Both the position numbers and the translations under genes were made by a program. A stretch of 64,000 nucleotides of DNA. Origin: an uncultured Holophagales bacterium (GTDB taxonomy: Bacteria > Acidobacteriota > Thermoanaerobaculia > Multivoradales > UBA5704). The notes beneath the pieces were generated by a model. That model made no database searches. It saw nothing but the letters and a program-made list of their open reading frames with translations, and was not told the DNA's origin. Below, in pieces: positions 18,901 to 30,200 of the stretch; positions within the stretch are counted from its first letter, which is position 1; each line of letters begins with the position of its first letter. Location of the stretch: assembly GCA_963842525.1 (NCBI GenBank), contig CAWJGT010000019.1:192001-256000 (forward strand), written 5' to 3'.

Positions 18901-20795
18901 ACGGCATGCTGATGTCGCGGCACATCCGCCTGCTGGCCGCTTTCGACCATCGGCACATCTTCGTCGATCCGAGCCCCGATCCGGCGCGCAGCTTCGAGGA
19001 GAGGCAGCGCCTCTTCCATCTCCCCCGCTCCTCGTGGGCCGACTACGACGCGTCCCTGATCTCCGTGGGAGGCGGCGTCTACGAGCGCGGCGCCCGTTCC
19101 ATCCCGGTGACGCCGCAGATGGCTGGGCTCTTCGGCCTCTCGGTGGAGCAGGTCACGCCGGCCGATCTGATCCATGCCATCCTCCGCTCCCAGGTCGACC
19201 TCCTCTTCTTCGGCGGCATCGGGACGTTCGTCAAGGCGAGCACCGAGAGCCACGCCGACGCCAAGGACCGGACGAACGACGCGTTGCGCGTCGACGGCCG
19301 TGAGCTGCGCACCCGGGTGATCGGCGAGGGGGCCAACCTCGCGATGACCCAACGCGCCCGCATCGAGTACGCCCTCCACGGCGGCCCCGAGGGGTACGGC
19401 GGCCGGCTCAACACCGACTTCATCGACAACTCGGCCGGCGTGGACTGCTCGGACCACGAGGTCAACATCAAGATCCTCCTGAACGAGATTGAACGGCAGG
19501 TCGGCCTGACCCGCGAGGGGCGCAACCAGCTCCTGGTGGAGATGACCGACGAGGTCGCTGCCCTGGTGCTGCGCGACAACTATCTCCAGACGCAGGCGAT
19601 CACGGTGACGCACCAGCTCGGCTACCACCTGCTCGACCGGCATGCCCGTTTCATGCGGGCGCTCGAACGGGAGGGGCGGCTCGACCGGCGGATCGAGTTC
19701 CTGCCGGACGACGAGGAGCTGGCCGACCGCGCGCGGCTGTGCATCGGCTTCACGCGGCCGGAGCTGGCGGTGCTCCTCGCCTACGGCAAGATCGCGCTCA
19801 ACGACGAGCTCCTGAAGTCGGACCTGCCGGACGACCCGTTTATGCAGGAGGACCTGAAGCGCTACTTCCCGACCCGGCTGCGCGAGCGGTTCGCCGGCGA
19901 GATTCCGCAGCACCGCCTGCACCGGGAGATCATCGCGACATCGGTGACCAACAGCATCGTCAACCGTGCCGGCAGCGCCCTCATGCACGAGATCAGGGAG
20001 AAGACCGGCGAGGGGGCCGCCGACATCGCCCGGGCCTACGTCATCACCCGCGACGTCTTCAATCTGCGCCGGCTGTGGGCGGAGATCGAGGCGCTGGACA
20101 ACCAGGCGCCCGCGATGTCGCAGGCCGCCATGCTGACCGAGTGCGGCCGGCTGATCGACCGCGGCGCCACCTGGTTCCTGCGCTTCGGCGACAGGCCCCT
20201 CGACATCGGCTCGCAGATCGACGCGTACAGGCCGGGCGTCCAGGAGGTGGGGGAGCACCTCGAAGAGCTGCTGACATCGGCGAACCGGGCGCAGCTCACC
20301 GCCAGGGCGGCGCAGCTCGAGGGAGTGCCCGCCGGCCTGGCCGTGCGCGTCGCCTCCCTGAACTCCTGGCTGGCCGCGGCGCTGGACATGGTGCGGATCG
20401 CGCGGTCCCGGGGCCTGACGCCGCTGCCTGTGGCCCGGCTCTATTTCACCCTCGGCGACCGTTTCGGCTTCGACCGCCTGCGCGAGATGGCGGCCAAGCT
20501 GTCGACCGACAAGGCGGTCGACAAGCAGGCGGTGTCGGCCATTACCGACGACCTGTCGAGCCTGCAGGGCGAGCTCACGGCGCGGGTGCTGGCGGCGATG
20601 GCGGCGATGGACGACGGCGGTGCCTCGGCGGAGCAGGCGGAGCAGGCGGAGCAGGCGATCGCCGCCTGGGCCGAGCGGCGGCGGGGGGTCGTGAGCCGGG
20701 CCGAGCAGATCCTGGCCGATCTGCGGACCGTCGAGGTGCCCAGTCTGGCCCTGCTGGTGGTCGCCAACCGGGCGCTCAAGGCGATGGCGGAGTGA
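15915..20795 (+). CDS. gdhB: Large NAD-specific glutamate dehydrogenase
   Basis: 1626 aa; [72 protein letters not shown] and [23 protein letters not shown] RBS. Confidence 0.96.
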   Translation: [1626 protein letters not shown]

Positions 20796-21367
20796 GGCCG
20801 GTCGCAGCGGAGCCGGCCGTCTTCCCCTTCCGGCCCTGGGTCCGCAGCACGAGCCGGAGGGCGATGCTCTGGGGGGTGGGAGTGGTGGCCGTGATCGGCG
20901 TGGCGTCCTGGTGGCTCTACGGCGGGGAGAGCCGTGCCTGGGGGCGGGCCTTCGGGGTGCTGCTGGCCTACAGCCTGCTCTTCTTGGCCAGCCTGCTCAA
21001 GATCTGGTGGACGGCGGGGCGGCCGGCGGTGCTGCTGGAGCCCGCCGCCTTCGCCTGGCAGCCGCTCCATACCTTCCGGCCCCGCCGCATCCCCTTCTCC
21101 CGGGTGCTCGCCTGCAACCCGCGGGCGGGCACCGAGGCTCTGCGCTTCGTGGTGGAGGAGGGGCGCGTGGCCCGCGAGCTGTTCCTGAACCTCGCCGTGG
21201 TCAAGGGGCAGCACCGTTTCCTCGAGCTCCTCGAAGAGAGCCTGCGGGCCGCCGGCCTGGAGCCCGTTCCCGGCCGGGAGCACGTCTGGCGGCGTCCCGG
21301 CTGGAGCGATCCGACCGATCCGAGTCATCCGAACGAGCAGATGGTGGAATCCCTGCGGACGGGGTAG
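20792..21367 (+). CDS. Hypothetical membrane protein (two TM helices plus a soluble domain)
   Basis: GTG 20792 overlaps the gdh stop; corresponds to the C-terminal 191 aa of ORF 19739..21367; hydrophobic LWGVGVVAVIGVASWWL and FGVLLAYSLLFLASLL. Confidence 0.7.
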   Translation: MRPVAAEPAVFPFRPWVRSTSRRAMLWGVGVVAVIGVASWWLYGGESRAWGRAFGVLLAYSLLFLASLLKIWWTAGRPAVLLEPAAFAWQPLHTFRPRRIPFSRVLACNPRAGTEALRFVVEEGRVARELFLNLAVVKGQHRFLELLEESLRAAGLEPVPGREHVWRRPGWSDPTDPSHPNEQMVESLRTG

Positions 21368-21585
21368 AATCGCCCGCCCTCCAGGGAGTGTCCCGAAATC
21401 GCATCGACGGACACCTATGGAGGAGAGGTGAGGCTGCCTCGCGCGCCAGGGCAGCTCTGTATTCGTCCCGAGGATCTCGCCGGGCAGGCGGCATGCGGCC
21501 GAGCAGAACCCGCGTAGCGCCGCCGGAGAGCGCAGCCGCGCAACGAGGGCTTATGACCACCCGGGCTCGCCCGGGGGAGGAATTC

Positions 21586-24054
21586 ATGTCGACGATCGCA
21601 CGAACCGTGAGCTCCCTTCGCCCGATCGCCTTCGGGCTCGCCGCCCTGCTGGCGAGCGCACTGCCATCCCTCAGCCAACAGTTGGAGCAGCCGCCGGCCG
21701 AGCCGGTCCCGGCGGCTCCCGAGAGCGAAGCCCCGGCGGCGCAGCAGTCCCCCGCGGCCCGCCCGGTCGACGAGCAGCCTCCTCCCGAGCAGCCGGAGCA
21801 GGACATCCAGAGGCCCCCCGCGGGCCAGCAGCCGCCCGCGGAGACGCCGCAGGGACCGCCGCCCGGCGCGGGGCAACCTCCTCCCGGGGCTCCTCCCGGG
21901 GGCCCTCCCGGAGCGCGCCCCGGCCAGCGGCCTCCCGGGCCGCCGCTGCCGCCGCGGCCCAAGGTGGCGGCGCTCCACATCTCCGAGCCGATCCGTGTCG
22001 ACGGCGTGCTCGACGACGCGGCCTGGCAGCAGGCCGAGCCCGCCAAGAACTTCGTGCAGCGCGAGCCGGTTCCGTTCGCTCCGGCCACCGAGGACACCGA
22101 GGTGCGCGTCGCCTTCACCAACAGCACTCTCTATGTCGCCGTCCGCGCCCTTTCCTCCAAGCCCGAGGCGGTGGTGGCCGACGAGATGCTGCGCGACGGC
22201 GCGCTCTTCCGCGACGACTCGGTGATCATCTTCTTCGACACCTTCAACGACAATCGCAACGCCTTCTGGTTCGAGACCAACGCCAACGGCGCGCGCACCG
22301 ACGCCCTGGTCACCGACGAGGGGCGCGACTTCAACGTGCAGTGGGACGGCGTGTGGGACGTGTCGGCGCGGCGCAACTCCGAGGGCTGGGCGGCCGAGCT
22401 GGCGATCCCGTTCTCGACCCTGCGGTTCGATCCCAACCAGGATACCTGGGGTTTCCAGGTCCGCCGCCTGATCCGCCACAAGAGCGAAGAGGTCTACTGG
22501 GCGTCGATGCCGATCCAGGCCAACCTGTTCCGCGTCTCCCTGGCCGGCGACCTGACCGGCATCCGCGGCCCGGAGCCGGGGCTCAACCTCCGCGTCAAGC
22601 CGTTCGGCATCGGCAAGCAGGCCGAGGTCCCCGTGGGCGGCGGCCGCACGGAGACCGACGAGGACTTCGACGCCGGCATCGACGCCAAGTGGGGGCTCAC
22701 CCGGACGCTGACCCTCGACCTGACCTACAACACCGATTTCGCCGAGACCGAGGTCGACGACCAGCAGATCAACCTGACCCGGTTCGGCCTCTTTTTCCCC
22801 GAGAAGCGCGAGTTCTTTCTGGAGAACGCGGGCATCTTCGAGTTCGGCTTCAACCCGCCGGGCACGCCGCTGCTCAAGCCGTTCTTCTCGCGGAGCCTGG
22901 GGATCGGTCCCTTTGGCGTGGTGGTGCCCATCGACTGGGGCGCCCGGCTGACCGGCCGCGCGGGCCCGTGGAGCATCGGCCTGGTCGACGTGCAGACCGA
23001 GGAGACGCCGATCACCCCCTTCTTCGAGCTGCCCCAGAACAACTGGGGTGCCTTGCGGGTCAAGCGCAACGTCGGCCGGCGCTCGACGCTGGGCATGATC
23101 GCCACCAACCGCGAGGCCGCCGGCGAAGACTACAACCGGGTCTTCGGCTTCGACACCGAGATCCGTCCGACCCAGCGCACGGGATTGAGCGGCTTCTACA
23201 CCCAGAGCGACGGCCCGGGCTCCACCGACGGCGATGAGTGGGCGGGAGGCGCGCGGGCCTTCTATCAGAGCAACATCATGTTTTTGGGGCTGGACGCCGT
23301 GCAGATCGGGGAGGCGTACAACCCCGAGGTCGGATTCCTGCTGCGCAACGCCATCCGCCGCTACGTACCCCGGTTCAGCTACGATCCGCGCCCGAACAAG
23401 AAGGGCATCCTCAGCTTCCACTTCGGCGGCATCGCCGACGTGACCACGGACCTGGACGACCGGACCGAGTCGCGCTACCTGGCGGCGGACGTCTTCGGCC
23501 TCCGCACGTTGCGCGAGGACCAGTTCACGCTCACGGTCGAAAACAGCTTCGAGCGGCTTCCCGGGCCGTTCCCGATCAGCCCCGGCGTGGTCATCCCGGC
23601 GGGGGACTACGACTGGGACAACGTTTCCCTCGGCTTCTCCACCAACAACAGCCGGCGTCTGGCCCTGAACGGGGGCGTGCAGGTCGGCGAGTTCTACGAC
23701 GGCGACACGGTGAACGGCTCCCTCGTCCTCGGCATCCGCGCCAATCGCCATCTGCGCACGGACACCATCTGGGTCCATGCCGACGTCAACCTGCCGCAGG
23801 GCGACTTCACCACCAACGTCATCCGCCAGCGGATCGGCGTCTCGATCACACCGAACCTTTCGACCAACACGTATGTGCAGTACAACGACGCGGCCGAGCT
23901 GCTGTCGCTCAACCTGCGGTTCAACTGGATCTACCGGCCAGGCTCCGATATCTTCCTGATCTTCAACGAGAACTGGAACGCTCCCGGCCTGGACGACCTC
24001 TCCTCGCGGGACCGGGCGGTCACCTTGAAGATGACCTACCTCTTCGAATTCTAG
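21586..24054 (+). CDS. CBM9-like plus DUF5916-type exported, probably outer-membrane beta-barrel protein with Pro/Gln-rich N-terminal linker
   Basis: GGAGG RBS before ATG 21586; signal peptide; IRVDGVLDDAAW, FDTFNDNRNAFWFETN and NTDFAETEVDDQQINLTRFGLFFPEKREFFLEN; C-terminal Phe (YLFEF). Confidence 0.85.
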   Translation: MSTIARTVSSLRPIAFGLAALLASALPSLSQQLEQPPAEPVPAAPESEAPAAQQSPAARPVDEQPPPEQPEQDIQRPPAGQQPPAETPQGPPPGAGQPPPGAPPGGPPGARPGQRPPGPPLPPRPKVAALHISEPIRVDGVLDDAAWQQAEPAKNFVQREPVPFAPATEDTEVRVAFTNSTLYVAVRALSSKPEAVVADEMLRDGALFRDDSVIIFFDTFNDNRNAFWFETNANGARTDALVTDEGRDFNVQWDGVWDVSARRNSEGWAAELAIPFSTLRFDPNQDTWGFQVRRLIRHKSEEVYWASMPIQANLFRVSLAGDLTGIRGPEPGLNLRVKPFGIGKQAEVPVGGGRTETDEDFDAGIDAKWGLTRTLTLDLTYNTDFAETEVDDQQINLTRFGLFFPEKREFFLENAGIFEFGFNPPGTPLLKPFFSRSLGIGPFGVVVPIDWGARLTGRAGPWSIGLVDVQTEETPITPFFELPQNNWGALRVKRNVGRRSTLGMIATNREAAGEDYNRVFGFDTEIRPTQRTGLSGFYTQSDGPGSTDGDEWAGGARAFYQSNIMFLGLDAVQIGEAYNPEVGFLLRNAIRRYVPRFSYDPRPNKKGILSFHFGGIADVTTDLDDRTESRYLAADVFGLRTLREDQFTLTVENSFERLPGPFPISPGVVIPAGDYDWDNVSLGFSTNNSRRLALNGGVQVGEFYDGDTVNGSLVLGIRANRHLRTDTIWVHADVNLPQGDFTTNVIRQRIGVSITPNLSTNTYVQYNDAAELLSLNLRFNWIYRPGSDIFLIFNENWNAPGLDDLSSRDRAVTLKMTYLFEF

Positions 24055-24065
24055 AAGGACTGATA

Positions 24066-24093
24066 GGGGGGAACCGGTGACCCGGTTTCCCCC
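24066..24093 (+). terminator. Strong hairpin, possible terminator between the DUF5916 gene and the NRPS operon
   Basis: GGGGGGAACCGG-TGAC-CCGGTTTCCCCC, 12-bp stem with one G-U pair, 11 nt after the stop; U-tail weak (ATTT). Confidence 0.5.
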
Positions 24094-24221
24094 ATTTCCG
24101 GCACTCCTGCATCAGACGGCCGAGGTCGTGTCCCGGAGCACAGACCGCCGGCGGCGTTCTTAGCGTTTTCAGCTCTCTCCTCGCCGCCGTTCCAATCCCC
24201 AGACCTCCCAGGAGGGCCGGC

Positions 24222-27200
24222 ATGGTTGAGAAGTCCAGGATCCTGGCGGACCTGTCCGCCGACCAGCGGCATGCGTTGCTCGAGCGCCTCCGGGAGAAGA
24301 AGCTCGCGCAGCGCGGCCCGGGGATCCGGCCGCGGCCAGTCGGTCTGCACCCTCTGCCCCTGGCCTTCGCCCAGGAGCGCCTCTGGTTCCTCGACCAGCT
24401 CGAGAAGGGGTCCGCCGCCTACAACCTCCTGTTCGGCGTGCGCTTGACCGGCCGTCTCGACCGCCGCGCGCTGCGGCGGACGCTCGCCGAGCTGGTACGC
24501 CGGCACGAGTCGCTGCGCACCACCTTCGGCCAGCGGGAGGGCAGGCCCTTCCAGGCGGTCGCGCCGCCGGCCGCGCCGCCGCTGCCGTGGATCGACCTCA
24601 GCGGCGTGCCCGCGTCCGCGGGGGAGGCGGAGCTGCTGCGCGTCCTGCGCGACGAGGCGGCGTATCCCTACGACCTGGAGTGCGGCCCGCTGCTGCGCTG
24701 CAAGCTCCTGCGCTTCCGCCCGGACGACCACGCGCTCGCCGTGGCGATGCACCACATCATCTCCGACGGCTGGTCGATGGCGGTCTTCCTGCGCGAGATG
24801 TCGGACCTGTACACCGCCTTTGCCGCCGGCCGGCCGTCGCCGCTGCCCGAGCCGGAGATCCAGTACGCCGACTTCGCGGTCTGGCAGCGGGAGCACCTGA
24901 GCGGCGCGACTCTCGAGACCGAGCTCGCCTGGTGGCGGGAGAGGCTGGCTGGCCTGCCTGTCCTCGAGCTGCCCACCGACCGGCCGCGGCCGGCCCGGCA
25001 GAGCCAGCGCGGCGCCGAGGCCCGGCTGACCCTCGACGCTGCCGTCGCCGGCCGCGTCCACGAGCTGGGGCACCGCGAGGGGGCCACCCCCTTCATGGTC
25101 CTGCTCGCCGTCTGGAAGGCGCTGCTTTTCCGCTCTACAGGGCAGATCGACTTCGCGGTGGGCTCCCCGGTGGCCAACCGCGAGCACGCGGAGGTTGCGG
25201 GCCTGATCGGTTTCTTCGTCAATACCCTGGTGCTGCGCACCGACCTGGCGGGCGGTCCGGGGTTCCGCGAGCTGCTCGGCCGGGTCCGCAGGACGTCGAT
25301 CGCCGCCTACGACCATACGGCGCTGCCGTTCGAGAAGCTGGTCGAGCATCTGCAGCCCGAGCGCTCCGGGGGCAACCCGCTCTTCCAGGTGCTCTGCCAC
25401 ATGCAGAACCAACCCTGGCCGGAGCTGCGGATCGGCGACGTCCGGCTCGCGATCCTCGACCTCGGGACCCAGGTCGCGAAGCTCGACCTGAGCCTGGGCT
25501 GGAGAGAGGAGGACGGGCGGCTCGAAGGCCGGCTGGAGTACGCCACCGACCTCTACGAAACCGCGAGCGTCGAACGTATGCTGCACTGCTACGGGACCCT
25601 CCTCGACGGCGCGCTGGACGACCTGGAGCGGGACGTCACGGAGCTGCCGCTGCTCGACGAGGCCGAGCGGCAGCAGCTCCTCCGCGAGGCGACAGGGCCG
25701 GCGCATGCCCGGCATGCCGGGCAGGACCGGATCGAGGGCCGCTGCATCCACCACCGGATCGAGGAGCACGCGGCGCGGACCCCGGAGGCGCCGGCGGTCG
25801 AGGGCCTGACCTACCGGGAGCTCAACGAACGCGCCAACCGGCTGGCGTGGTGGCTGCGCGCCCAGGGGATCGGCCTCGAGGCGCGGGTCGGCGTGCTCTT
25901 CGAGCGCTCGCCGGAGATGGTGGTGGCGGCGCTCGGGGTGCTCAAGGCCGGGGCAGCCTATGTGCCGCTCGACCCTTCCTATCCGGCGGAGCGCCTCGCT
26001 TTCCTCGCCACCGATTCGCAGGCACGTCTGGGGTCGACGGACAGGCCGGTGATCGTGACGCGCGAGGGGCTGGCCGGTCTTCTGCCGGAAGACCTCGCGC
26101 GCCGGGCGCGGATCGTCCGCCTGGACGCCGATGCCGCCAACGCCGCAGATACCGCGGAGCTGGCCCGGCAGCCTCCCGGCAATCCGCCGCCCCGGGCCAC
26201 GCCGGGCAATCTGGCCTACGTCGTCTACACTTCGGGCTCGACCGGCCAACCCAAGGGCGCGGCGGTTCCGCATGCCGCCCTCTCCCGCCTGGTGGACTGG
26301 TACGCGCAGGCGTTCGGCGCGACGCCGGCCGACCGCGCGAGCTGGATCGCGAGCCCGGCGTTCGACCCCGCGGTGCGGGAGGTCTGGTCGTGCCTCGCCT
26401 GCGGCGCCTGGCTGCGCATCCCGGACGAAGGCGTGCGCTCCGAGCCCGCGCGGCTGGCGGCCTGGCTGGCGGACGAGGGGATCACCCTCACCTACATGCC
26501 GGCGCCGCTCGCCCAGGCGGCGCTGCCCGGCCCCTGGCCGGAGGACCTGCGGTTGCGGGTCTTCACCGTGGGCGGCGACCGCCTGGTCCGCCGCCCGCCG
26601 GCCGGGGCGCCGTTCCAGGTCTACAACCTCTATGGGCCGGCCGAGTGCACCGTGAACGCGACCTGCGGCCGGGTCGAGCCGCACGGGACGGACCTGCCGT
26701 CTCTGGGCGCTCCGATCGCCGGAGCGCGGGTTTACGTGGTGGATCCCTGGGGGGGCCTCACGCCGGCCGGCGTGCCCGGCGAGATCTGGATCGGCGGCTG
26801 GGGAGTCGGCCGCGGCTACCTGGACCGGCCGTCCTGGACGGCCGAACGCTTCGTGCCTGACGCGTTCGGTACTGCCGGAGACACCGCCGGGGAGCGGCTC
26901 TACCGCACCGGCGACCTGGGGCGGCGCCGGCCGGGCGGACCGCTGGAATTCCTCGGCCGCATCGACCATCAGGTGAAAGTCCGCGGCGTCCGGATCGAGC
27001 TGGGCGAGGTCGAGGCGGCCCTGCACGCGCACCCGGGGGTTGCCGCCTGCGCGGTGCTTGTGCGAGACACGTCCCTGGTCGCCTACCTGGTGCCGGCCGA
27101 TGGCGCCGGGCCCAACTCCGCCGATCTCCGCCGTCATCTTGCGAGGCGGCTGCCGGCGGCCATGGTGCCTGCGGCGTTCGTGGTGCTCGATGCCCTGCCG

Positions 27201-30200
27201 CTCAACCCCAACGGCAAGGTGGACCGCCGCGCCCTGGCGCGGCTGGAGCCGCCGGCCGGCGAGGCGCACGCCGCCGCGGGCGCGCACGTGCCGCCGCGCA
27301 CCGCCACCGAGGAGATCCTGGCCGCGGTCTGGGCGGACCTTCTGGGGGTCGAGCGCGTGGGCGCCCACGACGATTTCTTCGCCCTGGGCGGCCACTCCCT
27401 GCTCGGCATCCAGGTCCTGTCGCGCCTGCGCACCCTGTTCGGGGTCGAGCTGCCGGTGCGCGCCCTGTTCGAGGAGCCGGCGCTCGCCGGCTTTGCCGCC
27501 CGGATGGACGCGGTGTTGGCAGGGTTGCACGAGAGCGCCGTCCCCGCGGCAGCCCCTCTTGAGCGGGTGGCCCGGGAGGGACGGCTGCCGCTCTCCTTCG
27601 CCCAGGAGCGGCTCTGGTTCCTCGAGCGGCTCGAGCCGGGCACGGCCTTCTACAACGTCCCCTCCGCCACTCGCTTCCGTGGGCCCCTGGAGGTCGACGT
27701 CCTGCGCCGCGGCTTCGCGGAGCTGGTGTGGCGGCACGAGGCGCTGCGCACCACCTTCGACGAGGAGAACGGCCGGCCCTTCCAGGTCATCGCTCCCGCC
27801 GTTGCCGCCGAGATGCCGTTGATCGACCTGTCGGCTCTACCCGGCCCGCTGTTCGACGCCGAGCTGCTGCGCCAGGCCACCGCCGAGGCGCGGCGCCCGT
27901 TCGACCTGCGGCGCGGTCCGCTCGTCCGCACGTCCCTCTTCCGGCTGGCGCCCCAGGACCACGTCCTGGTGTCGACCCTGCACCACATCGTCTCCGACGG
28001 CTGGTCCATGACCGTCCTGATCCGTGAGATGGCGGCGCTCTACGAGGCCTTCTGCGACGGGCGCCCGTCCCCCCTGCCGGAGCTGCCTGTCCAGTACGCC
28101 GACTACGCCCTCTGGCAACGCGGCTGGCTCCAGGGTGCGGTGCTCGCGGCCGAGATCGAGTGGTGGCGCGCGCGCCTGGCCGGCGTGCCGGCGCTCCAGC
28201 TCCCCACCGACCGGCCGCGCCTGCCGGTCGAGACCTTCCGCGGCCGGCAGCGGCCCGCCGGGATCTCGGCCGAGATGACCGGCGCTCTCCACGAGCTGAG
28301 CCGGCGCGAGGGGGTCACGCTCTTCATGACGCTGCTCGCCGCCTTCCAGACGATGCTCCTGCGCTATAGCGGGCAGACCGACCTGGCGGTGGGCTCGCCG
28401 ATCGCCAACCGCAACCGCAGCGAGACCGAAGGGGTGATCGGCTTCTTCGTCAACACCCTGGTCCTGCGCACCGACCTGTCCTGCGATCCGACCTTCCGTA
28501 AGCTGCTGGCGCGAGTGCGCGAGGTGGCCCTTGGGGCCTACGCGCACGAGAACCTCCCCTTCGAGAAGATCGTCCTGGAGCTCCAGCCGGAGCGCGACAC
28601 GAGCCGCAACCCCCTTTTCCAGGTGATGTGCGTGCTGCAGAATCAGCCCTGGAAAGCGGTGAGGCTGCGGGACCTGGAAATCTCGGGGCTCAGCCTCGAC
28701 ACGGCGACGGCCAAGCTCGACCTGACCCTCTCCTGGAGCACGGCGGGGGACGCTCTCGGCGCTCTCCTGGAGCACAACACCGACCTGTTCGACGATGCCA
28801 CGGCGTGGCGGATGTACGCGTGCTGCGTGGCCGTCCTGCGCGCCGGCGTGGAGGACCCGGACTGCCGGCTCGGCGCCCTGCCCCTCCTCGGCGAGGCCGA
28901 GCGGCGCCAGCTCCTCGCCGAGGCGGCCGGACCGCCCTGTGCCTGGGACGGCCGGTGCGTCCACTACCGGATGGAAGAGCAGGCGGCGCGCTTCCCCGAG
29001 GCTCCGGCGGTGGACGGCCTGACCTACGGAGAGCTCAACGCGCGGGCCAACCGGCTGGCCTGGTGGCTGCGCGCGCAGGGGGCCGGTCCCGAGATGAGGG
29101 TGGCCGTGCTCCTGGAGCGTTCTCCGGCCATGGTGGTGGCCTGGCTGGGCGTGCTCAAGGCGGGCGCGGCGTACGTGCCGCTCGACCCCTTCTATCCGGC
29201 GGACCGCCTCGCCTGGTTCCTCGCCGACTCGCAGGCAGGGGTTGCACGGCCGCTGGTGGTGACCCGCGAGGGGCTGGCCGGGCTCCTGCCCGCCCTGCAG
29301 GAACTGCCGGAAGACACCGTGGGCCGGGCTTGTATCCTCCGCCTGGACGCCGACGCGGACGAGCTGACCCGGTACGGCCCCGGCAACCCTCCGGCCCTGG
29401 CGATGCCGGAAAACCTGGCCTACGTCATCTACACCTCCGGCTCGACCGGCCGGCCGAAGGGCGTGGCCGTCGCCCATTCGACCGTCTCGCGCATGGCCGA
29501 CTGGCACCGCGAGGCGTTCGGCGTCACCCCGGCCGATGTGGCAACCCAGGTCACCAGCCCGGCGTTCGATCCGGCGGTCTGGGAGATCTGGTCCTGCCTG
29601 TGCTGCGGCGCCTCGCTGCGCGTGCCGGACGACGACGTGCGCGCCGCCCCCGCGCGGCTGATCGCCTGGATGGCCGACCAGGGGATCACCTTCGGCTACA
29701 TGCCGACGCCGCTCGCCGAGGCGGCCTTCGCCGTCCAGCCCTGGCCGGCGCACCTGCGCCTGCGGGTCTTCGTGCTCGGCGGCGACCGCCTGCACCGGCG
29801 CCCCGCCGCGGACGTGCCGTTCGCCGTGTACAGCCTCTACGGCGTGACCGAAGGCACGGTGAATTCGGCCGGCGGGCGCGTCGCGCCGCATGGCAGGGAG
29901 CTGCCGTCCATCGGCCGTCCGATCGCGGGGGTGCGGATCCACCTGCTGGACTCGCGGGGGGAGCTGGTCCCTGCCGGCGTGCCCGGCGAGGTCTGGATCG
30001 GCGGCGGGCTCGCGCGCGGCTATCTCGGCCGGCCGGACTGGACCGCCGAGCGCTTCCTGCCGGACCCGTTCAGTGGAGAGCCCGGAGAGCGGCTCTACCG
30101 CACGGGCGACCTGGCGCGGCAGCGGCCGGGCGGGGACCTCGACTTCCTCGGCCGGATCGATCACCAGGTCAAGGTCCGCGGCCTGCGCATCGAGCCGGGG

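Noticed and set aside
15684-20258. 1524-aa antisense ORF opposite gdhB
   Set aside because: Shadow of a GC-rich coding strand; no motifs, while the plus strand is a clear GDH.
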